Below are positions 27,837-40,799 of a stretch of 64,000 nucleotides of DNA, piece after piece. Numbering within the stretch: the stretch's first letter is position 1; each line of letters opens with the position of its first letter. Made by a program: the position numbers and the translations under genes. The stretch comes from Eledone cirrhosa (Eukaryota), in assembly GCA_964016885.1 (NCBI GenBank), contig OZ024743.1, forward strand, positions 10,974,001 to 11,038,000, read 5' to 3'. The notes under the pieces are model-generated. The model was not told the origin of the DNA. It was given only the letters and a program-made list of their open reading frames with translations, and searched no databases.

Positions 27837-27918
27837 ACTTCCAACTAATTAGTTTCTGGAATGGAGTAAATATATTTTCCGAAGAATATATCGAAAAGCA
27901 TTCCGTCGTCAGGGAAGT
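27837..27918 (-). ncRNA. Type I hammerhead (CUGACGA core, palindromic stem III, GUU site) in element ~27670-28132
   Basis: Minus: ACTTCC-CTGACGA-C GGAATG..CATTCC A-GAAA-CTAATTAG-TT-GGAAGT. 27803-27854 is inverted-repeated at 28081-28132. Confidence 0.75.
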
Positions 27919-28614
27919 CTATTTTCGTGTAAGTTTCCAGGCATAGCGAGGACTCTGGAAACTTATTAAAAAAATAATTCAGTGGAGAGGAAATAGCGAA
28001 GCGTGGACTGAATTCCTAGCCATTGAGAAAATCACTGCCTCTACGTCTGTGGCAAATTCAAAAAGAATCAATCACGTGACAACTAATTAGTTGGAAGTGA
28101 TATTTTAGTAAGTAAGTTAATTTTATAATTTTTATATATATATATATATATATATATTTATTTATACAGTAAAGTATGTCCATAGAATCATTTGATAAGA
28201 TATATTCAACATCTCCTCTCCCAATCAGCATAATGAACCACACAAAAAACCAATTAAACCAGGCTATAAGATTAAAAGGCACCTATTAAGAAATAATAGA
28301 TAAATAAACGACAGCCATCTATTCGCGATCAACAGCTATAGAATATTTACCCAGCATTTCGATAGCACGTGGAAATCGATTAAATATATCGTTAACCATA
28401 CACAATTAGGTATAAAATTAAAGTTAGAAGAAAAAATGTATATAAACATACCAAGATATATATATATATATATATATATAAGAATATTTTCGAAACAGCG
28501 AGCGGGTTTGAAATTATTATAAATGTAAGCTATCGCCGTATTTTGACTAAAGAAATTATTTAGCCTGATAGTTGGGTTAAGAACCCTCGGAGAAATGGAA
28601 AAAGATGAGTATTC

Positions 28615-28685
28615 ACGTACTTGGGAGTCGAACCCACATCTTTGGTTATCCAGACCACTGTGGTACCATTTACACCAACACATCA
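28615..28685 (-). pseudogene. tRNA-like sequence (tRNA pseudogene or SINE head)
   Basis: Minus: tggtgtaaatgg (A box), tggt-ctggata-acca (anticodon-like arm), gggttcgactccc (T arm / B box). The acceptor stem is poor. Confidence 0.5.
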
Positions 28686-28761
28686 CCCGTCTTTTTCCAT
28701 TCAAATTAGAAGCTATAAACTTAGCGACTGTAATGTAAAGTAAGAATATTTTCGAAACATC

Positions 28762-29280
<519 letters not shown>

Positions 29281-29281
<1 letters not shown>

Positions 29282-30571
29282 AACTTTGAATAACTTTGAA
29301 ATGTTTTGGCCAGTATTGGCCCAGGCCATGTCTAACTTAATAGCACCACCTGGCGAAGTCTTTCAATTCAGGATTTGGGCACCATGGCCCATTCGAGAAG
29401 AGAATTACTGTTTGCGGAGACATATCCGGGTGTGGGTGGTTTGTCCGGGATTACTTGGAGGAATTTGTCCAAAGACTTCTTGAATTTTGTGTGGTCAGTT
29501 TCTGTTTTGACGTGTCCTGGTGTGATGTTGAAGAGAGCAGGGCCGATTGAGGTGAAATAATTGTGCCGTATTGTTGTTATGAGTTGCGATTTAGATTTTT
29601 GAATGGGACGGATAGCACGGGGCCCAAGCCTTGGGTGTATCTTGAAGGCGATGCCAACATCATTTGGGCAGTGATGATGGAACATTTTCCACATCATGCA
29701 GATAATATAACGCTCACGGCGACGTTGGAGTGAGTAAAGTTTCAGGTTTTCCAATCGACCCCAGTAGTCAAGGTCTGACATGCCATCTATCTTTTTCGTG
29801 ATTGCCCTTTGAGGAGCTTCAAGTTTCATGATACTTTGTTTCGTGTGGGGAGACCACAGTGGACAACAGTATTCAAGGTGTGGTCGGGCGAAAGTAGAGA
29901 AGAGAAGGATAATGGTGCGGGAATCTCTCGACTGGAAGGTTCTGAGGATCCAGGAACACATTCTGCGGGCCATGTCAACTTTGCTGCTTATATGCGTGGT
30001 CCAGCTTATGTTGCTGTCCACGGTTACTCCCAAGTCTCTGATGTTGTTAGATGCCACGAGAGTTTCCCCGGAGGGAAGGGAGTACGGGAGTTTCAGAGCA
30101 TCCTCTTTTCCAAAGTGGATCAGTTCGAATTTGTCTTCGTTCAGTAACATGTTGTTCTTTTCTGCCCATTGGGTAACAGCCAGTAGGTCTGACTGAAGGC
30201 TTATCCGGTCATCCACGCCATTGATGACCTTTTGGAGCTTGGAATCATCAGCGAAAATTTTAATGTTGCTGTGTTTGATGATGTCAGTGATGTCATTAAT
30301 ATAGATGATGAAGAGAAGTGGGCCCAACACAGTGCCTTGTGGGACTCCACTACTGACTTTGGCTGGGCTTGATTTGACTCCCTCAACTACAACATGTTGG
30401 GTTCTGTTTGACAGGAAGCTCTTGATCCACTGCAGCAGCTTTCCAGTGACACCAATATTGGACAGCTTTCTCAGTAGAATGTTATGATCAACCCTGTCAA
30501 AGGCCTTGCTGAAATCAAGGTAGATAACATCAGTGTTGGAACCCTCTCCCAAGGCTCTCAAAATGTCATCA
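29281..30571 (-). mobile_element. 5'-truncated CR1-clade LINE with an uninterrupted RT reading frame (~400 codons)
   Basis: YLDFSKAFDRVDH, GVPQGTVLGPLLF, FADD, RDLGV, RPHLEYC, SLQRRR. 3' tail (ttcaaagtta)x2 abuts (TA)n. Confidence 0.92.
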
Positions 30572-30818
30572 AATATATATATGTATATATAACTTGAAAC
30601 AAAATGAAAACGAAATTTCATTTCTCACTCTTAGTATGGGACAGCTTTCTCAGTAGAATGTTATGATCAACCCTGTCAAAGGCCTTGCTGAAATCAAGGT
30701 AGATAACATCAGTGTTGGAACCCTCTCCCAAGGCTCTCAAAATGTCATCAAATATATATATGTATATATAACTTGAAACAAAATGAAAACGAAATTTCAT
30801 TTCTCACTCTTAGTATGG
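30461..30818. repeat. 179-bp tandem duplication spanning the CR1 5' truncation and the edge of the HHR array
   Basis: 30461-30639 equals 30640-30818. Confidence 0.9.
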
Positions 30819-30886
30819 CACTTACTTAAATGTAAGTATGCATGTATACGTACATACATATATGTATACAGACGTACAGTAGCATG

Positions 30887-30926
<40 letters not shown>

Positions 30927-31085
30927 TATATACATATGCATACAGGTACACATACATATATGCACGTATCAGTTTAGCGGCGCTAACGTCGCTTTGTTCG
31001 TTTGTAAACAAACTGAACAGCCTGAATTTATGCCATACGGTGTTAAGGCAACCACGTCACCTTTTTGTTCAACACTGACACAGGA

Positions 31086-31128
31086 ACGATGTACTAGTTT
31101 CAAGCTTGTTAGCTATCATCAGCACCGT
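31086..31128 (-). ncRNA. Minimal type I hammerhead (array copy 1)
   Basis: Minus: ACGGTG-CTGATGA-T AGC taacaa GCT T-GAAA-CTAG-TA-CATCGT. Confidence 0.85.
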
Positions 31129-31553
31129 TTACCCATCTGCCAGATAGTTGAACGTTCGAAAGTATATACTTTCCTTATGAAAATTAACGGCTGAGCAGCC
31201 TAATTTGCATATTGAGTGAGTTAAATCGGTCAGGCATACCGAAAACGATAAATTGAAACAAAAAGAAAACGAAATTTCATTTCTCACTCTTAGTATGGCA
31301 CTTACTTAAATGTAAGTATGCATGTATACGTACATACATATATGTATACAGACGTACAGTAGCATGCACATATATATATATATATATACATATATATATA
31401 CATATGCATACAGGTACACATACATATATGCACGTATCAGTTTAGCGGCGCTAACGTCGCTTTGTTCGTTTGTAAACAAACTGAACAGCCTGAATTTATG
31501 CCATACGGTGTTAAGGCAACCACGTCACCTTTTTGTTCAACACTGACACAGGA

Positions 31554-31596
31554 ACGATGTACTAGTTTCAAGCTTGTTAGCTATCATCAGCACCGT
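31554..31596 (-). ncRNA. Minimal type I hammerhead (array copy 2)
   Basis: Identical to copy 1, 468 bp away. Confidence 0.85.
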
Positions 31597-31797
31597 TTAC
31601 CCATCTGCCAGATAGTTGAAAGTTCGAAAGTATATACTTTCCTTATGAAAATTAACGGCTGAGCAGCCTAATTTGCATATTGAGTGAGTTAAATCGGTCA
31701 GGCATACCGAAAACGATAAATTGAAACAAAATGAAAACGAAATTTTCATAAGGAAAGTATATACTTTCGAACGTTCAACTATCTGGCAGATGGGTAA

Positions 31798-31840
31798 ACG
31801 GTGCTGATGATAGCTAACAAGCTTGAAACTAGTACATCGT
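31798..31840 (+). ncRNA. Minimal type I hammerhead (array copy 3)
   Basis: acggtg ctgatga tagctaacaagctt gaaa ctag ta catcgt. Confidence 0.85.
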
Positions 31841-32263
31841 TCCTGTGTCAGTGTTGAACAAAAAGGTGACGTGGTTGCCTTAACACCGTATGGCATAAAT
31901 TCAGGCTGTTCAGTTTGTTTACAAACGAACAAAGCGACGTTAGCGCCGCTAAACTGATACGTGCATATATGTATGTGTACCTGTATGCATATGTATATAT
32001 ATATGTATATATATATATATATGTGCATGCTACTGTACGTCTGTATACATATATGTATGTACGTATACATGCATACTTACATTTAAGTAAGTGCCATACT
32101 AAGAGTGAGAAATGAAATTTCGTTTTCATTTTGTTTCAATTTATCGTTTTCGGTATGCCTGACCGATTTAACTCACTCAATATGCAAATTAGGCTGCTCA
32201 GCCGTTAATTTTCATAAGGAAAGTATATACTTTCGAACGTTCAACTATCTGGCAGATGGGTAA

Positions 32264-32306
32264 ACGGTGCTGATGATAGCTAACAAGCTTGAAACTAGTA
32301 CATCGT
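32264..32306 (+). ncRNA. Minimal type I hammerhead (array copy 4)
   Basis: Identical, 466 bp after copy 3. Confidence 0.85.
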
Positions 32307-32729
32307 TCCTGTGTCAGTGTTGAACAAAAAGGTGACGTGGTTGCCTTAACACCGTATGGCATAAATTCAGGCTGTTCAGTTTGTTTACAAACGAACAAAG
32401 CGACGTTAGCGCCGCTAAACTGATACGTGCATATATGTATGTGTACCTGTATGCATATGTATATATATATGTATATATATATATATATGTGCATGCTACT
32501 GTACGTCTGTATACATATATGTATGTACGTATACATGCATAGTTACATTTAAGTAAGTGCCATACTAAGAGTGAGAAATGAAATTTCGTTTTCATTTTGT
32601 TTCAATTTATCGTTTTCGGTATGCCTGACCGATTTAACTCACTCAATATGCAAATTAGGCTGCTCAGCCGTTAATTTTCATAAGGAAAGTATATACTTTC
32701 GAACGTTCAACTATCTGGCAGATGGGTAA

Positions 32730-32772
32730 ACGGTGCTGATGATAGCTAACAAGCTTGAAACTAGTACATCGT
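32730..32772 (+). ncRNA. Minimal type I hammerhead (array copy 5)
   Basis: Identical, 466 bp after copy 4. Confidence 0.85.
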
Positions 32773-33019
32773 TCCTGTGTCAGTGTTGAACAAAAAGGTG
32801 ACGTGGTTGCCTTAACACCGTATGGCATAAATTCAGGCTGTTCAGTTTGTTTACAAACGAACAAAGCGACGTTAGCGCCGCTAAACTGATACGTGCATAT
32901 ATGTATGTGTACCTGTATGCATATGTATATATATATGTATATATATATATATATGTGCATGCTACTGTACGTCTGTATACATATATGTATGTACGTATAC
33001 ATGCATACTTACATTTATG

Positions 33020-33155
<136 letters not shown>

Positions 33156-33169
33156 TGTGTGTGTTTCCT

Positions 33170-33950
33170 TGGCATTTAAAACCTGGCGGACCTCATCCAT
33201 TCACCAGGACTGAACACAACTGATTTCTTTAAGTAAAGGGGAGAGAGAGGGGAATATGAAAGAGATATAGAGCAAAAATCAACTCAGGAACTGGACTGGA
33301 ACATTGTGACGACCTGCAATGCATGAATGCAAAGGTAACTTCGGTGGGTTTGAACACAGAACGCAGAAAGCCTGAATGTATACCGCAAAACATTCTAATC
33401 GGATACCATAGCGACTCTGCCAATTCCCCTTTGAATCAGAGCCAGCGGCAACTGATGCACCATTCCCTGTCTGTGAGGACCAAATAATTGAACAGGAAAC
33501 AAGAGATGTGATGAAGGCTCTGAAGAACCACACGACCGGAGTTTTCGACAAGATCTTGACAGATGCTGAAGTGAGGTAAGGACAACACTGTCACAGCACT
33601 GATCAGACTAATGAACAACTGCTGGCAGGATGGGCAAATACCCTTTGGATGGCAACATGAAGTCAACGTTAAACTGCAGAGGAAGGGGAATCTAACAGAT
33701 TGTAACAACTGGTGTGGCATCACACTGCTGGTGGTCTCGGGCAAAGTATTCAGGAGAGTGTTGCTAGGATGGCTACGATAAGATGTGAATAAGCGGGATT
33801 CTGAAGCAAATTCTCGTGCGCTGAACAGATCTTTACACTGCGCAACATCACTGAGCAGTGCATCGAGCTACAAATGCCGCTGGCTGGCCGTCAACTTCAT
33901 TGATTTTAGAAAGCATTTGAAAACATGTAAAGGGAGTAGCTGTGGAACGG
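33170..33950 (+). mobile_element. Degraded RTE LINE RT N-terminal fragment, with a SINE piece at ~33310-33425
   Basis: KGNLTDCNNWCGITLL (~33684-33730) and NFIDFRK (~33893-33913). Multiple stops. Confidence 0.7.
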
Positions 33951-34085
33951 TACGCGCTTGTATGACATTCCACATATTTCTTCATTTTACTGTCATTTGC
34001 TTTGTTATTTCTGTTTGCCTACACACAGATATATATATATATGTAGTTATATATATATATATATCTGTGCGTATGTCTGTATGAG

Positions 34086-34125
<40 letters not shown>

Positions 34126-34207
34126 TATACACTTACATACATGTGCTCGTCACTCTGTATATATATAATATAATTAAGAGACATTCAAGCATATATATAC
34201 ATACGCT

Positions 34208-34302
<95 letters not shown>

Positions 34303-34932
34303 TGTGCCTCATAGGCAGCACAAGTTAAAATTTAATTTGTGTTGTTTCCAGAATTGAAAATTATTTGATGTTATTTCTTATAATGTATTTTAGGTTTTTT
34401 ATATATACATCTTAATCAACTTCGTTTGAATAGCCAGCTGTAATTACAATTTTGCACCGGATGACCTACTGAAATGTGTTGTACGTAATAGAAAATTGTT
34501 TCGTTTGCCATTGAAGAATTCTAACAAATTACAGTACGACTTAATGGTTGAGACAACTGTAATAAGGACGTGACCAAGGTAAGAAATATGGAGAGTGATC
34601 AACATGAACTTGAAAGACTGAAACTAATAGGAATTAATAAAAAATGACAACTGAATCTAATACTTCAAAAGAAAGTATCACGGATCATTTAGAATTTAAT
34701 GCATTACACATGTAATCAAGATAATTTTTCCTTTCAATAAGATTTCCTGAAGAAAACTAGCTTGCAAGCTACGATAGTTTTTATGTGTATAGCCTTATGT
34801 CATAGTAACTTTTTCCTCTTGCTGCTATGCTATTCTGACCTTCTAAACGCAGTACTCATTTTAACCTTTGCCCCACTTTGCACTACATTCAGTCTGTTTT
34901 AGTCATTTAGCTAGCTAGATAGATAGATAGAT

Positions 34933-35212
34933 ATCTTTATTTGCCACAAGGGCGTACAAGAAATGGGACATTACAAGACGTGACAGATGGGGTTTTACAT
35001 AAAAATTGTGTAAACTTTAACATTAGTAAATTAAAATAAACTATATATTAAAATAAAATAACAATCGAAGTTCCCAATAGCGGGGAACGTTACTGCGTAG
35101 ATAGAACAACCCTCAACACCAGGTGCACGTTTTGTAGGTGTTCCCGTCTTCCCTCTTTTGTCTTCCCTAGCCTACAGTTTTATATAGATAGATATGTTTC
35201 TTTATTAGCTAC
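34933..35212 (-). mobile_element. Two short 3'-end copies of Tx1-related LINEs, each abutting (GATA)n
   Basis: atatctttatttgccacaaggg..gggaca.tacaa (34931-) and atatgtttctttattagctaca (35192-) parallel atatgtttcttttatttgccactaggg..gggacaagtacaa at 35275-. Confidence 0.65.
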
Positions 35213-35277
<65 letters not shown>

Positions 35278-38200
35278 TGTTTCTTTTATTTGCCACTAGG
35301 GCATCAAAAGTGGGACAAGTACAAAGGGGGGAGTTTACACAAAAAGGCGTCCTCAATAAGGAGGAGGCAATAACAAAATATAAAAATAAAATAAGATATA
35401 ACAAAAAATAAAATTTTTAACAAAATCCTCAATAGAGAGGAGGCGCCTTGGGGGGTCGCACACACCCCCGAAAAAAGTGTGCAACCCTTCTCCTCAGGAG
35501 CACAGAGAAGGGGTGCTCCCTTGGTCTTTCATCTTCCTCACCTATAGTCTGATGTAGAGTGAAGGCCCATTCACACGGGCCATTCTCGCCACTTTCACCC
35601 ATCTTTCATAGAAACGGCTGGGGTGCAGCACCTCTCTCTCCATCCTGATCCTTCTTCCGAAATGATATCGGAAGAAACGGACCAGTTGTTGGCCAGAGAG
35701 AAAGGTGCCTGACCTCAGTCCTTTCAGACGCGTCCACCATACAACCTCTTTCGCCATGGCTATTACGCACAGAAACACCGCCTCTGCTTCATCTTTGAAG
35801 GGGGGAGGCGGCTTGATCATTACAATAGACTCGGTGGTCAACCGGATCGGTCCCACCCTTGACAGCAGTTGTTCGACATAGCCCCACAGATCGGCTACGC
35901 CCGAGCAGTGTACCAATGCGTGTGCAACGGTTTCCTCGTCGCACACGCATCTGGGACAGATCTTTTTGGCGGGGTCCCTACCCGGGCGCCCGTGTCTGTA
36001 GAGCCTTTCTCGAACGGGTAAAGCCCCTCGGTAGCACTGCCAGGCCAGGGACTTCTGGAAGTTGTCCATAGGTCCCGGGCTGAATGTCCTACCGAACAGG
36101 CTGGCCAGTTCGTCCTCCTCCATGTCTAGGGCTTCTCCGAGGGCGTCGTCGCACCTGCTGCGTACCAGCCCTCTATAGAATGTTGCGGTGGAGTCTCCAC
36201 TGATAACCGGATCCGCCTGCCAGAGGGCGGTGAGCGCCTGGGCACACTCAGTGTGCCAGGCGCCCAGTTTTCTCGGTCTTTGCTTGACCCAGGATTGCAG
36301 CTCGGTGAGTGAGACGAGTCTGGGAAAGGTTCGTCTTACAAACGAGGCCCACACCGGTTGTCCGGTGAGGAATACGTAGAGGTGCCGTAGCCTTAATGCG
36401 TGTTTACGCATCATTAGCCACGGCATCCCCAGCCCTCCTTTCGAAGGGTGTTGACAGCAGATGGATCTCCTCACCATAGGAGCCCGCCTCTTCCAAAGGA
36501 ATTGGAAGAGCGCGCGCTCCATCTTGGTGAGGGTTTCCCTTGGGCAGGGCACTACGGTCAGGCGGTAGTAGATGACGGACGCTATGTAGGTGTTCGCCAC
36601 CTCCGCCCGACCTTTCAGGGATAGTTTGCAACTGGCCCACTTCTGGGTCAGTGCAAACACCCTGTTCGTAACCTCCGCCCAGTTTTTCTCCACCTGGAGG
36701 TCCGGTCCGAACCAGACCCCGAGCAACTTCACCGGGCCCTCCGTCCAGCGTCCGACGACGCCATCGGAGGGCATCGGTCTGCCCCTCCACGTGCCGAGTT
36801 GCAAACCGATCGACTTGTCCCGGTTCAGCTTAGCCCCTGTGAACTTTTCGTACTCCTCCAGTAAGGTGCCGACCGCCTCGATTTCGGAGGCCGTCGACAC
36901 CATTACTGTCACGTCATCGGCGTAGGCCGACACCGCTTTCCGCAATCCCGGTTCCAAAGGGATGCCCTGCAACAACTCCAACTTCCGCAGTAGTGGCTCT
37001 AGAGTCAACACATACAGAAGGGAGGAGAGAGGGCACCCTTGTCGGATGGACCGCGCGATTTTGAACGGCTCCGAGAGGTAGCCGTTCACCTTGACCCTAG
37101 AGCAGATGCGGCTGCTGTGCATAGCAGTGATCCAGCCCCTGAAAACGGGTCCGAAGCCTGCCGCCGCTAGCACCGCATCCAGGTAACCATGGTCGACCCT
37201 ATCGAACGCCTTAGATTGATCCAAGTTGATCAGAGCCCCACCAAAGCCGGGTTCGTTCCCAACCCTCTCTATGATGTATCGCATGAGGTGGAGGTTGTCA
37301 TGGATGGACCTGGACGGGATAGCGCATGTCTGCGCATCTCCCACCAGGTTGCCCACGACAAGCGCCAACCTCTTTGCTAGCACCTTGGCCAAAATCTGTA
37401 ACTCTGTATTTAGCAGTGTTATGGGCCTGAAGTTACTTATTTCGTCCCCCTTGTTCTCGTCCTTCCTCACTAGCGTGACTACGCCCTTGGTCACAGTACA
37501 GGGAATTCTCCCGTTCTGTTGCCAGTTGCAGTAGACCACCTCGAGGAGATCGGGGAACAAGTCCGGCATAGCTAGATATAATTCGTAAGGAAGACCATCG
37601 AGACCCGGGGATTTGCGTTTGCCGCATTGGCTCAGCACGTCCTCTATCTCAGCGGCCGAAATCGGCTCCCTGTCCGAGAGGCGCGGCAGGCCGTCGAGGT
37701 ATGGACCGAAGTCCACGTTCCCAACCGGCTCCCCGCCCCTCCCGAACAGTCGGGCAAAGTGCCTTTGAAAGGCCTCACACATCTGCTTAGGCTCAAGAAT
37801 CGCTCGTCCATCCAGGTCTCGCAAAGACCGGATGGTGGATTTAGTTCCACTGTTGGCCTCTGTCACGCGGGCCCAGCTAACAGCTTTGGTCCCCTCGTTC
37901 CCTAGAGCACGTATTTTACTTCGGACAACGCAGCCTTCGTGCTTCGCGTCGAAAAACTGGCTCAAAGCCGTTCTCGACGCTAGCACTCTGGCCACGTCGC
38001 CGCTTCTAATTGCCTCTTCTACTCTATCTATTAGCTCCCTTTCCTTCCTATTCCTATCCGCAGCTAGAACCTTACTAAATTCTATCGAGACTACTCTAAT
38101 CTCTCTCTTTAGAGATACCCACCACCTGCTGTTGACGATCGCTCCAGTCAACCGTTCCTTAACTAACGTACTAATCCGATTCCTGTAGGCTCTACTTGCC

Positions 38201-39742
38201 GGCAAGGACAAGTTGAGCTTCCAGTAACCGGGGCCCTGTCTATGAGTTCTGTCAAGGTTGACCATGCAGGTCACTAATTTGTGGTCTGAATAGCCAACCA
38301 TGCGCATTTTTGGACAACTTAAAAAGTCCTTATCCTTAATTCTAACTAAGAACCTATCTAGGTACGACCTAGATGATCCGCTACGATTTGCCCAAGTCCA
38401 GGTTGGCGCAGTCGGAAAATCTAGTCGATATCTATCGGCCAGGTCAAATCGACCGATTAACCCTTTGAGGCTATTACACCCCTCTCTATCGGGGCAGACC
38501 CTACGTAGTCCCAGCGTGCATCTAGGATACCATTCCAGTCCCCCACTAATAGCAAGGAGCGGGACGTCCCTAGAAAAGTCTCCAGACGATGGAAGAAGTC
38601 CGGCCGCATTGACCCGAAAGGGCCGTAGGCGGCTACCAACCTAAACGCTCCGCCTTTACCACTGCCAAGGTCCAGAACCACTAGTCGACCCTCCGGGTCC
38701 AAATGTACCATCTGTGTTGCGAGACCCAGATGTTTTTGCAGCAGAACGACAACTCCACCCCCGCCTCCGGGCTGACAGAGAGATGCGTGCATCTCAAAGT
38801 CATCAAAGGTGGGGGCCAGCTGTCGCACGTTGCTGATCCGGGCCTCGCAAATAACCATCACATCTATACGTTGTGACCTGAGGTCATTTAGAAGCATTGC
38901 TTGCTTCCAAGTTGAGCCCAGGCCACGCGCATTTAAACAGCCTACTCTTAGCATAGCCATGTTGGTAGTGAAGAGAAAAGGCACTTACCTCTCTGCGTCC
39001 CGGGTATCGGGCTGCACAATTTCCATTAGGGTGGGGGATGGGTTGTTGGGTGGGGTGGTGGTTTGTGGAAGTGTGGGGGCATCAGTGTGATGTGTGGTTG
39101 GGGAGCTTGGAGTTGTGTGGGTGTTTGGGGAGGGGGTGGGATAGTTTTTTAGGAGGACGCGGTTAATGGGCCCGACGCAGGGGGGACCCACGTCCTCTTT
39201 AAAATTGTTTTTTAAAGTTTTATAGGTGTCCTGTGGGGCCTTAATCATTTTGAGGTGGGGGAAATCCCCTGCCTGGGTGAAGTTAGGCCCTTGTGTTTTT
39301 ATTAGATTGTTGTTGTACACAATGTTTAACAGTTTTTTTGTTTCTTGTGTTTATGTATGTGTATGCATGTTTTTGTTTTTGTGTGGTGTTTTTTGTTTGC
39401 TGTTGTTGTGAGCTCTTTTGTGTTGGTGTCAGTGTTATGTTTTGGGGAGGGGTTGTTTTCATTTGTGTGTCTGAGGTGTGTTTTCTTTTTTTTCTTTTGA
39501 TTGTGTGGAAGTGCTCCTCCTCGTCTGACGACGAACTAGGGTCATCTTCCGCGTTGAAGGGGAGGGGTATATTTTCGGGTTGTGTTTGCGGTGCCGGGTG
39601 TTTTGGAAATTGTTTTTGTTTTTTGAGTGGAGGGGATGGGTTGGACATTGTTTTGTTTTGGTTTGAGCTGTGGTGGTTGTTTTTGTAGTGGTTGGCCAGT
39701 TCGTCTTCCTCCATGCTTAGGGCTTCTCCGAGGGCGTCGTCG
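35278..39742 (-). mobile_element. Tx1-clade (L1 group) LINE, 5'-truncated in ORF1, embedded in (GATA)n
   Basis: Nearly complete ORF2 plus a low-complexity ORF1 tail (38985-39690). (GATA)n at 35213-35277 and 39743-39800. Confidence 0.9.
35542..38960 (-). pseudogene. Tx1-like ORF2 (APE - RT - CCHC zinc knuckle), broken near 38460
   Basis: LNARGL, VGDWN, YLDRF, SDHK (APE); GYWKLN; KSPGLDGLPYE, FRPITLLN, LDQSKAFDRVDH, IRQGCPLS, AYADD (RT); CPRC..ETVAHALVHC. Confidence 0.9.
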
Positions 39743-39793
<51 letters not shown>

Positions 39794-40454
39794 CGATAGA
39801 TATTGTATAAGCGAGAAAAACCATGAATCATTTTACTCAAATACGGAGGGATCGAATTCATTTATATATATATATAGTAATAATTGTTTCTACTTTAGGC
39901 ACAAGGCCAGCAATTACCCAGTGCATTACTGAATAAATATGAAGACTAAAATCCAAAGAGGGCTCGATAAGGATAAATATAGATATCAAATATATAAGAA
40001 TCCTAGAGCAAATATTTATTAAAATAACAGATTAAAGTTTAAGCAAAGAATCGCTGCTTTCACCCTTAACGGGATCTTCTGAAACTAAAAAAATCAATCT
40101 GTGAACGCAGAAGTAAATATTTCGAAAAACGTTGCAATCGAAGGAAAACAGGAAGACGATACTTTGGTTCGTGAAGACGTTCTCTGGCAATGAACGGAAA
40201 AAAGCGAGGATAATACGTCGTTATTCGGTTTCCTAAATAGAATATTAGTCTACGACTCCATTTATACCATGAACGTGGTTTTGTCTTTGCGTGTATTTGT
40301 TCTCATCGATCCACATAACAGCGTATTATCATCGCTTTTTTTTTCGTTCATTACCAGGGAACGTCTTCACGAACCGAAGTATCGTATTCCTGTTTTCCTT
40401 CGGTTGCAACGTTTTTCGAAATATTTACTTCTGCGTTCCCAGATTGATTTTTTT

Positions 40455-40505
40455 AGTTTCAGAAGATCCTGTTAAGGGTGAAAGCAGCGATTCTTTGCTT
40501 AAACT
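40455..40505 (+). ncRNA. Hammerhead-like fold with non-canonical CAGAAGA core; also 40036-40086 (-) and 40815-40865 (-)
   Basis: AGTTT-CAGAAGA-T CC(C/T) gttaa GGG T-GAAA-GCAG cgattct TTGC-TT-AAACT. Confidence 0.6.
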
Positions 40506-40554
40506 TTAATCTGTTATTTTAATAAATTAATATATATATATATATATATATATA

Positions 40555-40799
<245 letters not shown>

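Larger units (their letters stand above)
30775..33015. mobile_element. Retrozyme-like / pLTR-like array of ~466-480-bp units: 2 minus-sense and ~3 plus-sense, diverging from ~31745
   Basis: Near-identical units with one hammerhead each and no credible ORF. The right end runs into (TA)n. Confidence 0.9.

Noticed and set aside
30842-33002. Repeated ORFs in the array (..[15 protein letters not shown]..)
   Set aside because: Short, antisense to the hammerhead, partly microsatellite-derived and without recognisable motifs.
30775-33015. CRISPR-like interpretation of the regular repeats
   Set aside because: Whole units are identical, there are no unique spacers, and the context is eukaryotic.
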